DNA of 64,000 bases from an uncultured Alphaproteobacteria bacterium (GTDB taxonomy: Bacteria; Pseudomonadota; Alphaproteobacteria; Rhizobiales; Xanthobacteraceae), in NCBI GenBank assembly GCA_963697885.1, contig OY969102.1, positions 423,006 through 487,005 on the forward strand, in the 5' to 3' direction. The translations under genes and the position numbers were made by a program. Position 1 is the first letter of the stretch; the number at the start of each line of letters is the position of its first letter. Positions 56,028 to 64,000 of this stretch are shown here, piece after piece. The notes under the pieces were generated by a model. It searched no databases. It had not been told where the DNA came from and saw nothing but the letters and a program-made list of their open reading frames with translations.

Positions 56028-56040
56028 GCGCACTTTTTGC

Positions 56041-56721
56041 ATGGAGACGCGCGTGAACGCGCTTTGGACTCTTCTTGTGCGCGATATGCGGCTGGCAACC
56101 CGTGTCGGTGGCGGCGCGCTGATGGGCGCGCTGTTCTTCCTGATCGTAGTTGTCATGATGCCGTTCGCCATCGGCCCCGATCTGGCGCTGCTCGCGCGTA
56201 TCGGGCCAGCGATTCTCTGGCTCGGCGCGTTGCTCGCGAGCCTGCTGGCGCTCGACCGGCTGTTTGCGACAGATCACGAAGACGGTTCGCTTGATCTTTT
56301 GATGATGGGTTCGTTGCCGCTTGAACTCTCCGTGGCGACAAAGGCAATTGCACATTGGCTGACGACAGGATTGCCGCTGGTCCTGATCGCGCCCATGCTC
56401 GGGCTGATGCTCAATGTCGAGTTGCAGGCGATGGGCTGGCTTGCGTTGACCTTGCTCGCCGGCACGCCTGCACTTACGTTCATCGGGCTTGTTGGCGCCG
56501 CACTCTCGGTTGCGTTGCGGCGCGGCGGATTGCTGTTGGCCGTGCTGGTCTTGCCATTGACCGTCCCCGTGCTGATTTTCGGCGTTTCCGCAGCCAATGC
56601 CGCGATCGTCGGACCTACTCCGTTCGGACCACCTTTCACCATTCTTTGTGCGCTAAGTTTGATGAGCTTCGTGGTAGGGCCGTTTGCCGCGGCCGCTGCG
56701 CTTCGCCATGGACTGGAATGA
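56041..56721 (+). CDS. ccmB: heme exporter protein CcmB
   Basis: LVRDMRLATRVGGGALMGALFFLIVVVMMPFAIGPD...FATDHEDGSLDLL. Confidence 0.9.
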   Translation: METRVNALWTLLVRDMRLATRVGGGALMGALFFLIVVVMMPFAIGPDLALLARIGPAILWLGALLASLLALDRLFATDHEDGSLDLLMMGSLPLELSVATKAIAHWLTTGLPLVLIAPMLGLMLNVELQAMGWLALTLLAGTPALTFIGLVGAALSVALRRGGLLLAVLVLPLTVPVLIFGVSAANAAIVGPTPFGPPFTILCALSLMSFVVGPFAAAAALRHGLE

Positions 56722-56739
56722 CGTGATAAGAGACCGCCG

Positions 56740-57477
56740 ATGGCTGTAATTGACCTCGCCAACCCGACGCGTTTTTTGAACTTCGTCAATCGCGTGCTGC
56801 CCTGGCTCGCTGCGGTAACGCTTGTCCTGTTCGCGGTCGGTCTGTATCGCGCGATGAATGCGCCCGACGATTATCAGCAGGGCGCAACAGTAAAGATCAT
56901 GTTCCTGCACGTGCCTGCGGCATGGCTTGGCATGTTCGGTTGGGGATTGATGACCGTTGCCGCACTCGGAACGCTGGTGTGGCGGCATCCGCTGGCCGAT
57001 GTCGCCGGCAAGGCGGCTGCCCCGATCGGCGCCGCTTTTACTTTCATATGTCTCGTCACGGGCTCCCTCTGGGGCCGCCCAACCTGGGGCACCTATTGGG
57101 TCTGGGACGCGCGGCTGACGTCGATGTTGGTGCTTCTGCTTCTTTATTTCGGTGTGCTCGCGTTGTACTGGACGGCGGAGGACCCCGGCCGTGGTGCGCG
57201 CGCGGCTGCGATCCTTTCACTGGTCGGCGCGGTCAATCTGCCGATCATCAAGTTCTCGGTCGACTGGTGGAATACCTTGCACCAGCCGGCGTCTGTGTTC
57301 CGATTGGGTGGGCCGACCATCGACCCGGCGCTGCTCACGCCGCTGTTGATCATGACGATCGCATTCACGCTGCTGTTCGTGACGCTGCACCTTGCCGCCA
57401 TGCGTAATGAAATATTGCGGCGGCGCGTGCGTACCATACGGCTCATGCAGGCGCAGGGATTGGCGCAAGCAACATGA
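56740..57477 (+). CDS. ccmC: heme ABC transporter permease CcmC
   Basis: KIMFLHVPAAWL...GSLWGRPTWGTYWVWDARLTS is the WGxxWxWD tryptophan-rich motif. Confidence 0.94.
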   Translation: MAVIDLANPTRFLNFVNRVLPWLAAVTLVLFAVGLYRAMNAPDDYQQGATVKIMFLHVPAAWLGMFGWGLMTVAALGTLVWRHPLADVAGKAAAPIGAAFTFICLVTGSLWGRPTWGTYWVWDARLTSMLVLLLLYFGVLALYWTAEDPGRGARAAAILSLVGAVNLPIIKFSVDWWNTLHQPASVFRLGGPTIDPALLTPLLIMTIAFTLLFVTLHLAAMRNEILRRRVRTIRLMQAQGLAQAT

Positions 57478-57647
57478 CGCTGGGACCGCATGCCGATTTC
57501 ATCATCGCCGCCTACGCGGTGACACTATTCGTGGTAGCCGCGCTGCTGGCGTGGGTCTTGCTCGACTATTCAATGCAAAGGCGCCTTCTTGGCGATCTTG
57601 AAGCGCGCGGCATCAACCGGCGCTCGCAACGCGGATCCGGACAATGA
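57474..57647 (+). CDS. ccmD: heme exporter protein CcmD (57 aa; below the ORF-track cutoff)
   Basis: Read by hand: MTLGPHADFIIAAYAVTLFVVAALLAWVLLDYSMQRRLLGDLEARG... ATGA overlaps join it to both ccmC and ccmG. Confidence 0.8.
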   Translation: MTLGPHADFIIAAYAVTLFVVAALLAWVLLDYSMQRRLLGDLEARGINRRSQRGSGQ

Positions 57648-58231
57648 GCTCCGTATCGAGCGGCGAGCCCGACAAAAAGCGCCGCAGCCTCCTGATCCTG
57701 CTGCCGCTCATGGCTTTTATCGCCTTGGCGGCACTGTTCCTCTACCGCCTCGGCACTGGCGATCCATCGGTTCTTCCTTCGGCGCTCATTGGACATCCGG
57801 CGCCGGCAACCGATTTGCCGCCGTTGCCGGGACTGGAGCGGGACGGCAAGCAGGTCCCCGGTCTGACCAATTCAACCTTCCAGGGCGCGGTCACGTTGGT
57901 GAATGTGTGGGCGTCCTGGTGCGTGCCTTGCCGCGACGAAGTGCCGTTCCTCGAGCAACTGTCGAAAGACAAGCGCATCCAGCTCGTCGGCATCAACTAT
58001 AAAGATACGCCTGACGACGCGCGACGGTTTCTCAGCCGCTTTGGAAATCCGTTTAAAGCAAATGGCCGCGACGCGTCGGGCCGCACCTCGATTGATTGGG
58101 GTGTCTACGGCGTGCCCGAGACCTACCTGATCGGACGCGACGGCCGCATCGCTTACAAGCTGGTCGGGCCCGTCACAGCCGACAACCTTGCGCGTACGCT
58201 GGAGCCGGAAATCGCAAAGGCACTTCGTTAG
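57644..58231 (+). CDS. ccmG: thiol:disulfide oxidoreductase CcmG/DsbE
   Basis: TM anchor, then LVNVWASWCVPCRDEVP (CxxC) and GVYGVPETYLI. Confidence 0.93.
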   Translation: MSSVSSGEPDKKRRSLLILLPLMAFIALAALFLYRLGTGDPSVLPSALIGHPAPATDLPPLPGLERDGKQVPGLTNSTFQGAVTLVNVWASWCVPCRDEVPFLEQLSKDKRIQLVGINYKDTPDDARRFLSRFGNPFKANGRDASGRTSIDWGVYGVPETYLIGRDGRIAYKLVGPVTADNLARTLEPEIAKALR

Positions 58232-58797
58232 TTTTTCTTCTTCTGGTCCAGGCTGTATTTCGTCAGCAGCGGCACCTGCAACGCGGCGAACAGGAATGTC
58301 AGCGGCACGACGCCGAACAGTTTGAAGCTGACCCAGAAATCCGTTGTCTGTGTACGCCAGACGATCTCGTTCAATATTGCGAGCGCGAAAAAGAAAAGCG
58401 CCCACCGCCAGGTCAGCTTGCGCCAGCCTTCTTCGCGCAGGTGAAACACGGAATCAAACACCATGCCGAGCAGCGGCTTGTTGAACGCGAGCCCGCCCAC
58501 CAGCGCGCCGCCAAACAGGACATAGATGATGGTCGGCTTGAGCTTGATGAACAGATCGTCGTGCAAAACGATTGTCAGCCCACCGAACACCAACACGATG
58601 ACGGCCGTGACAATCGGCATCACGGCGACATGTTTCGTCAGAACGTATGAGATGGCGAGCGCGACTAAAATTGCCGCCATGAAGGTGCCGGTCGCGGCGT
58701 AGATGCCGAACTTCGCATTGGCGGCAAAAAACAAGATCAGCGGCCCGATATCGAGGACCAGCTTGAGTGCGGGATTGAGCTGCTTTTTGTTGGCCAT
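58228..58797 (-). CDS. yciB: septation protein A (IspZ/YciB)
   Basis: LKLVLDIGPLILFFAAN...IKLKPTIIYVLFGGAL...WRKLTWRWALFFFALAILNEIVW. Confidence 0.9.
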   Translation of the reverse strand: MANKKQLNPALKLVLDIGPLILFFAANAKFGIYAATGTFMAAILVALAISYVLTKHVAVMPIVTAVIVLVFGGLTIVLHDDLFIKLKPTIIYVLFGGALVGGLAFNKPLLGMVFDSVFHLREEGWRKLTWRWALFFFALAILNEIVWRTQTTDFWVSFKLFGVVPLTFLFAALQVPLLTKYSLDQKKKN

Positions 58798-58810
58798 GGA
58801 TATGTGTTCG

Positions 58811-59743
58811 CTACGATTCTAGACCGATGACTGCGCGCGCAAAGTCGCGCGCCGTGAACGGCGCCAGATCGTCCACGCCCTCGCCGACGCCGATGAAATG
58901 GACCGGCAGACCGAATTTGGCGGCGATGGCGATCAGAATGCCGCCGCGCGCGGTACCGTCGAGCTTGGTCATCACCAGTCCGGTAACTCCTGCGATCTTG
59001 CCGAAAATTTCCACCTGGCTGAGCGCATTTTGCCCGACCGTCGCATCGAGCACTAATAGCACTGCGTGAGGCGCGTTCGCCTCGACCTTGCGTATGACAC
59101 GCACCATTTTTTCCAGCTCATTCATGAGCTCGGTGCGGTTTTGCAGGCGCCCGGCCGTGTCGACCAGGACGATCTCTACACCTTGCGCCTTGGCGGCTGT
59201 AATTGCATCAAATGCAAGACCAGCTGCGTCGGCCCCGGCTTCGCTCGCCATCACGCGGGCGCCGGTGCGTTCACCCCAGATTTTCAGTTGATCGATCGCG
59301 GCTGCGCGAAAGGTGTCGCCGGCCACCAGCATTACGCTTTTGCCTTCCGTGCGGAAGCGGGCAGCAAGCTTGCCGATGGTGGTGGTCTTGCCGGACCCAT
59401 TGACGCCGGCCACCAGGATAACGAAAGGCCGCGTCGTCACTTCCAAAGGCCTGGCGACGGGTGCAAGCACTTTTTCGATTTCGCCCGCCAGGACCGCTTT
59501 CACCTCATCGGGCGCGGCCGCTTTGTCGAAACGTTCTTCACCAAGCACAGCAGCGATGCGTGCGGCGAATTCCGGACCAAGATCTGCACGGATCAGTTCG
59601 CTTTCCAGCTCTTCCATCGTCTCGGCATCAAGCTTGCGCTTGGAGACAAGGCCGGAAATCGCGCTGCCGAGAGACGTCGAAGTGCGCTCGAGCCCGCCGC
59701 TCAAGCGTTTCCACCAGCTTCCGCCCTGTGTGCTGTCGTTCAT
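58811..59743 (-). CDS. ftsY: signal recognition particle receptor FtsY
   Basis: Start at ATG 59743 (MNDSTQGGSWWKRLSGGL). GVNGSGKTTTIGKLA, DTAGRL and TKLDGTARGG are present. Confidence 0.94.
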   Translation of the reverse strand: MNDSTQGGSWWKRLSGGLERTSTSLGSAISGLVSKRKLDAETMEELESELIRADLGPEFAARIAAVLGEERFDKAAAPDEVKAVLAGEIEKVLAPVARPLEVTTRPFVILVAGVNGSGKTTTIGKLAARFRTEGKSVMLVAGDTFRAAAIDQLKIWGERTGARVMASEAGADAAGLAFDAITAAKAQGVEIVLVDTAGRLQNRTELMNELEKMVRVIRKVEANAPHAVLLVLDATVGQNALSQVEIFGKIAGVTGLVMTKLDGTARGGILIAIAAKFGLPVHFIGVGEGVDDLAPFTARDFARAVIGLES

Positions 59744-59768
59744 GGCGCGCCCGTGATAGCGGTTTCGG

Positions 59769-59804
59769 CAAATCTTGGTAAGTGACCAAATCTTGGTAAG
59801 CGAC
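59769..59804. repeat. 18-bp tandem direct repeat ending 1 nt before the rluA-family start codon
   Basis: CAAATCTTGGTAAGTGAC is followed by CAAATCTTGGTAAGCGAC (17/18 identical). Confidence 0.85.
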
Positions 59805-59805
59805 G

Positions 59806-60495
59806 ATGACACCGGAAGAAATGCTGGCCCGTCTGCTTTATCGCGATGGCCTGATGCTGATCGTCGACAAACCGGCCGGTTTGCCGGTGCATCGCGGTCC
59901 CAAGGGCGGCGATGCATTTGAGGACTATTTCGACGCACTCCGGTTCGGCCTGCCGCGGCCACCGGCGCTGGCGCATCGGCTCGACCGCGATACGACCGGC
60001 TGTTTGGTCCTCGGCCGCCACCGCAAGGCGCTCGCTTTGCTCGGCAAGCTGTTCAAGCAGGGCAAAGTCGGCAAATGCTATTGGGCTGTGGTTGAGGGCG
60101 GGCCCGAAACAGACGAGGGCCGTATCGATATTCCCCTCTCAAAGCGCGACGAGACGCGCGGCTGGTGGATGAAGGCGGATAAAAATGGCCTGCCGTCGGC
60201 AAGCACTTGGAAGGTGATGGGCCGGGGTCAAGGGATCAGCTGGCTCGCGCTTGAGCCATTGACGGGACGCACCCATCAGTTGCGCGTCCATTGTGCCGAG
60301 ATGGGATGGCCGGTCGTGGGCGACAATATATATGGGCACGCGCCACGTGCGGGCGGGCCGGCGCTGCATCTCCATTCGCGCGAAGTCACGGTGCCGATTT
60401 CCAAAAACAAACCGGCCGTCACGGTGGCTGCGTCCGTGCCGGAACACATGCGCGAGAAACTCACGGTGTGCGGCTGGACCGGCGATGGTCAGTAA
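59806..60495 (+). CDS. RluA family pseudouridine synthase
   Basis: LIVDKPAGLPVH...HRLDRDTTGCLVL (catalytic Asp)...GRTHQLRVH. Confidence 0.9.
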   Translation: MTPEEMLARLLYRDGLMLIVDKPAGLPVHRGPKGGDAFEDYFDALRFGLPRPPALAHRLDRDTTGCLVLGRHRKALALLGKLFKQGKVGKCYWAVVEGGPETDEGRIDIPLSKRDETRGWWMKADKNGLPSASTWKVMGRGQGISWLALEPLTGRTHQLRVHCAEMGWPVVGDNIYGHAPRAGGPALHLHSREVTVPISKNKPAVTVAASVPEHMREKLTVCGWTGDGQ

Positions 60496-61112
60496 AGCTG
60501 CGCCTTGATGCGCTCCGGCGCTTCGCGATCATATTTTTCGCCGCCCAATTTGCCCTGACTCAATTCGGCAATGATGGTGCCGGTCGACGGCAGGCTCTTG
60601 CGGTCGATCTTGGTGGATTCGTCCCATAGCCTCGAGCGCACGATAGCCTTCGAGCAGTGGAAATAAATGCTCTCGACATGGACGATCAGCACGCAGCGCG
60701 GCAGCTTGCCGTTGATCGCGAAGCTTTGCATCAGTTCGGGGTCGATCGAGATCGAGGCGCGGCCATTGACGCGCAGGGTTTCGCCGATGCCCGGGATGAG
60801 AAAAAGCAACGCGATGCGCGGATCGCGGACGATGTTGCGGAAGCCATCGATGCGGTTGTTGCCGGGCCGATCGGGGATAGCGAGCGTCTTCTCATCGAGG
60901 ATGTGTACGAAGCCGGCCGGATCGCCTTTGGGTGAGCAGTCGAGGCCTTCCGGCCCGCTCGTCGCGATTGCGACGAATGGCGCCGCTTCGATCAGTCTGC
61001 GATAAGCGCCATTGATGTGGTCGATTTCCTTGACGACCGAGGCACCCATCCTCTCGCCGTAGAGGGCCTGGAGTTGCTCTATATTTGTGATCAGGTGATC
61101 GCGGTAGCCCAT
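60489..61112 (-). CDS. PPOX-class (pyridoxamine 5'-phosphate oxidase-like) FMN-binding protein
   Basis: APFVAIATSGPEGLDCSPKGDPAGFV...PDRPGNNRIDGFRNIVRDPRIALLFLIPGIGETLRVNGRA. Confidence 0.8.
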   Translation of the reverse strand: MGYRDHLITNIEQLQALYGERMGASVVKEIDHINGAYRRLIEAAPFVAIATSGPEGLDCSPKGDPAGFVHILDEKTLAIPDRPGNNRIDGFRNIVRDPRIALLFLIPGIGETLRVNGRASISIDPELMQSFAINGKLPRCVLIVHVESIYFHCSKAIVRSRLWDESTKIDRKSLPSTGTIIAELSQGKLGGEKYDREAPERIKAQLY

Positions 61113-61137
61113 CGTTCGTTTCCCCCAGACTTGTGCG

Positions 61138-62367
61138 TCAAGCCGTCAATAATTGCCGGCCGTCGTGCCCCGTCATCGTCACGTCAAGTATTACACCAGG
61201 CTTGACCGGCGTCGAAAGTCTTACCGGCATGAACTGCTCGGTGCGAGCAAGCCCGCGCGCTTCTGCGAGCACGCGGCGGCGAGTGCCGATTTCCAGATCA
61301 AGATGCCGACGCAATGCGGCTTCGCCCTTTTCACGCAGGCGGCGGGCGCGATCCTTGACGATCGAACGGTCGGTCTGCGGCATACGCGCCGCCGGCGTGC
61401 CGGGCCGCGGCGAAAACGGGAAGACATGAAGCTGCGTCAGCCCACAGTCGTCGACCAGATCAAGCGAACGGGCAAACATGTCTTCGCTCTCGGTCGGGAA
61501 GCCAGCGATGATATCGGCGCCGAAAATGACATCGGGCCGCAGCCGCCGTACCTGTTCGCAGAAAGCGATCGCGTCCGCGCGGGAGTGCCGGCGCTTCATG
61601 CGTTTAAGGATGAGATCATCGCCGGCCTGCAATGACAGGTGTAGATGCGGCATCAGCCGCGGCTCGTGCGCCAATGCGTCCAGCAAGTCGGCATCGGCTT
61701 CAACAGAATCAATCGAAGACAACCGCAGACGCGCTAATTCGGGAATGTTCTTGAGGATGTGCTTGACCAGGGCGCCCAAGCGCGGCGCACCCGGCAGGTC
61801 GGAGCCGTAACTCGTGATGTCGACACCGGTGAGGATGATTTCGCGGTAGCCGTTCCCCACCAGGCGATGCGCCTGCGCGAGCACGTCATCGAGCGGCAGC
61901 GAGCGCGAGTTGCCGCGGCCGAAAGGAATAATGCAGAACGTGCAGCGGTGATCGCAGCCGTTCTGAACCTGCACGAAAGCGCGGGTATGGCCCTCGATGT
62001 GGTCGATCGCGTGCGGCCGCATCGCTTTCACCGCCATGATGTCGGACACCGCAAGTTTGTCGCCCGTCGCCCAGACCCTGCCGGTGAATTTTTCTTCGTT
62101 GCCGATGACACGGTCGACTTCCGGCATATCGGCAAACGTCTTTGCTTCGGTTTGCGCGGCGCAGCCGGTAACAACAATGCGCACCTCGGGTCTCTCGCGC
62201 CGGAGCCGACGGATCGCCTGCTTCGCCTGGCGGACGGCTTCCGCCGTCACCGCGCAGGTATTCATCACCACCGTCTCATCGAGACCGGCCGCGGCCGCCT
62301 CACGCCGGATTACTTCCGATTCATACACATTCAGACGGCAACCGAAGGTGACAACGTCGACACTCAT
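61138..62367 (-). CDS. mtaB: radical-SAM methylthiotransferase MtaB (MiaB family)
   Basis: Start at ATG 62367 ([18 protein letters not shown]). The radical SAM motif [11 protein letters not shown] and a TRAM-like C-terminus are present. An ATGA overlap joins it to the dapF stop. Confidence 0.9.
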   Translation of the reverse strand: MSVDVVTFGCRLNVYESEVIRREAAAAGLDETVVMNTCAVTAEAVRQAKQAIRRLRRERPEVRIVVTGCAAQTEAKTFADMPEVDRVIGNEEKFTGRVWATGDKLAVSDIMAVKAMRPHAIDHIEGHTRAFVQVQNGCDHRCTFCIIPFGRGNSRSLPLDDVLAQAHRLVGNGYREIILTGVDITSYGSDLPGAPRLGALVKHILKNIPELARLRLSSIDSVEADADLLDALAHEPRLMPHLHLSLQAGDDLILKRMKRRHSRADAIAFCEQVRRLRPDVIFGADIIAGFPTESEDMFARSLDLVDDCGLTQLHVFPFSPRPGTPAARMPQTDRSIVKDRARRLREKGEAALRRHLDLEIGTRRRVLAEARGLARTEQFMPVRLSTPVKPGVILDVTMTGHDGRQLLTA

Positions 62368-63239
62368 GACGCGCCGGCCTTGGCGAACAGGGCGGGATCG
62401 AAACGACCCTTGAACTCGAATTCCACTGGCCCGGTCATCAACACGTGATCGTCGGCCTCGCGCCAATCGATCATCAGTTCGCCGCCAGGCAGCGTAACCC
62501 GGACCTTGCGATTGGTGCGCCTGAACCGCGCGGCCGCAACTGCGGCTGCGCAAGCGGCCGAGCCACACGCTTTGGTCAACCCCGCGCCGCGTTCCCATGT
62601 ACGGATGACGATGTGATCGCGGGACACGATGTGCGCCAGCGTAATGTTGGCGCGCTCGGGAAACATCGGATGATTTTCCAACAATGGACCTAACCGCTGG
62701 AGGTCGTGTGCGTTCACATCGTCGACCCAGAAGACCGCATGTGGATTGCCCATGCTCACGACCGACGGTGAATGCAGGACCGGCTTGTCGATCGGTCCGA
62801 TCTGCAATTCGATGGCGCGCGTGTCGCGGAATTCTTCGGCCAGCGGAATCTCATTCCACTTGAAGCGCGGCGGCCCCATGTCGACGGTGAATTGCCCGTC
62901 TGGGCCCTTCCAGCAATTGAGAATGCCGGCCGTCGTTTCAAAGATGAGGTCGTCCTTGCCGCTCTCCTTGGAGACGAGCTCCGCAACGCACCGCATGCCG
63001 TTTCCGCAAGCGCCAGCCTCGGAGCCGTCATTGTTGTAAATCCGGATGAAGGCATCGGTGCCGGCCGTGCGTGGCTGATAAAGCGCCATCAACTGATCAT
63101 AGGGTGCGCCGTCCGGACCGGCCGCCGCGCGCGCCTCCGCGGCCTCAATCTTGGCGCCGCCCGCGCGCATATCGACAACAACGATCTCGTTGCCGATGCC
63201 GTTCATCTTCACAAAAGACTGATTGGCGAGCGCGCCCAT
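62364..63239 (-). CDS. dapF: diaminopimelate epimerase
   Basis: [15 protein letters not shown]...[12 protein letters not shown]...[11 protein letters not shown] carries the two catalytic Cys regions. Confidence 0.94.
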   Translation of the reverse strand: MGALANQSFVKMNGIGNEIVVVDMRAGGAKIEAAEARAAAGPDGAPYDQLMALYQPRTAGTDAFIRIYNNDGSEAGACGNGMRCVAELVSKESGKDDLIFETTAGILNCWKGPDGQFTVDMGPPRFKWNEIPLAEEFRDTRAIELQIGPIDKPVLHSPSVVSMGNPHAVFWVDDVNAHDLQRLGPLLENHPMFPERANITLAHIVSRDHIVIRTWERGAGLTKACGSAACAAAVAAARFRRTNRKVRVTLPGGELMIDWREADDHVLMTGPVEFEFKGRFDPALFAKAGAS

Positions 63240-63364
63240 TTTTCGTCTTGCCCGGGTTTCGCCCGGTTTATATGGCGAATAAACGCGGATTGACCAGAGG
63301 TCATGCTAGAATGGGCAATTATGCTGGCAAATCGCCGGACCGCCGCAAACGACGGAGAACCGTG

Positions 63365-63979
63365 ATGTCGCCTTTCAGGCTTGCTTCAGGCGTTATTGCC
63401 ATCGCGTTCGCATTGGCGATCAATGTGGCTGCCGCGCAAAACCCCGCACCGAAACCGAGCAATTCGATGCCGCCGCCAAAGTCGGGGGCGGCCTCGCCGT
63501 CGCCCTTGCAGCCGGGTGACGCTTTCGGAGAGCCGGTCACCCTGCCGGAACGCACGATTATCTACCTCAAGGGTTACAGCCGCTGGGACAATGCCTTCGA
63601 CACGCTCGTCGATGCATTCAAATCGCTGCACGAATATCTCGACAAACAGGCCCTTCAGCCGTCGGGCCCGGCAATAACGATTTACACGCAGACCGACAAT
63701 TCGGGTTTCTCATTCGAGGCCGCACTGCCGGTCGCGCAAGCTCCGAAAGACCCGCCGAAGGGCGACATCGCCGTCGGGCCGGCGCCTGCCGGCAAGGCTC
63801 TTAAATTTGTGCATCGCGGCTCCTATGACGCGATGGACACGACCTACGAAGCCATCACCAACTATCTCGACGACAAGCAGCTGGAGGCCAAGGACCTGTT
63901 CATCGAGGAATACGCAACGGATCCTGTTAAGACCGAACCCGGCAAGCTGGTCGTCAATGTGTTTGTGCCGGTGAAGTGA
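63365..63979 (+). CDS. secreted GyrI-like (effector-binding domain) protein
   Basis: Start at ATG 63365. Signal peptide MSPFRLASGVIAIAFALAINVAAAQ and a Pro-rich linker, then ...ALKFVHRGSYDAMDTTYEAITNYLDDKQLEAKDLFIEEY. Confidence 0.65.
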   Translation: MSPFRLASGVIAIAFALAINVAAAQNPAPKPSNSMPPPKSGAASPSPLQPGDAFGEPVTLPERTIIYLKGYSRWDNAFDTLVDAFKSLHEYLDKQALQPSGPAITIYTQTDNSGFSFEAALPVAQAPKDPPKGDIAVGPAPAGKALKFVHRGSYDAMDTTYEAITNYLDDKQLEAKDLFIEEYATDPVKTEPGKLVVNVFVPVK

Positions 63980-64000
63980 TGATCATCTCGCGCGTTCTGT

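Overview
High-GC alphaproteobacterial chromosome segment. Gene order and repeat families look like Bradyrhizobiaceae/Nitrobacteraceae (Bradyrhizobium, Afipia or Rhodopseudomonas type). It is almost entirely core housekeeping: an anti-sigma/ECF sigma pair, a porin, obgE, adhC, proB, proA, nadD-rsfS-rlmH, an EnvC-like M23 protein, ctpA, rppH, atpHAGDC, priA, xerC, mdh-sucCDAB-lpdA, zapE, a tesA-like esterase with a YbbA/YbbP-like ABC pair, acnA divergent from ccmABCDG, yciB-ftsY and mtaB-dapF. I saw no rRNA, tRNA, CRISPR array, IS element or prophage. I found no convincing novel multi-gene system such as a defence island. The main observations are these. (1) Four genes (porin, atpD, priA, tesA-like) are each broken by one extra base. 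In every case the extra base sits in a GAGTTC/GAACTC hexamer that becomes a CcrM methylation site (GANTC) once the base is removed, which points to modification-linked sequencing error rather than real pseudogenes. (2) An uncharacterised 84-aa two-TM ORF is packed between atpD and atpC. (3) A low-GC LysR plus small-membrane-protein islet lies between rppH and atpC, bracketed by pairs of hairpin repeats. (4) A second hairpin-repeat family sits in spacers inside the atp and suc operons. (5) Two tandem paralogous membrane-anchored Cys-rich (BA14K-like) proteins are present. (6) NadD carries a Lys/Arg-rich tail of about 70 aa. (7) An orphan plus-strand intrinsic terminator suggests a small RNA. 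All calls come from reading the ORF translations and the sequence by eye; no searches were run.
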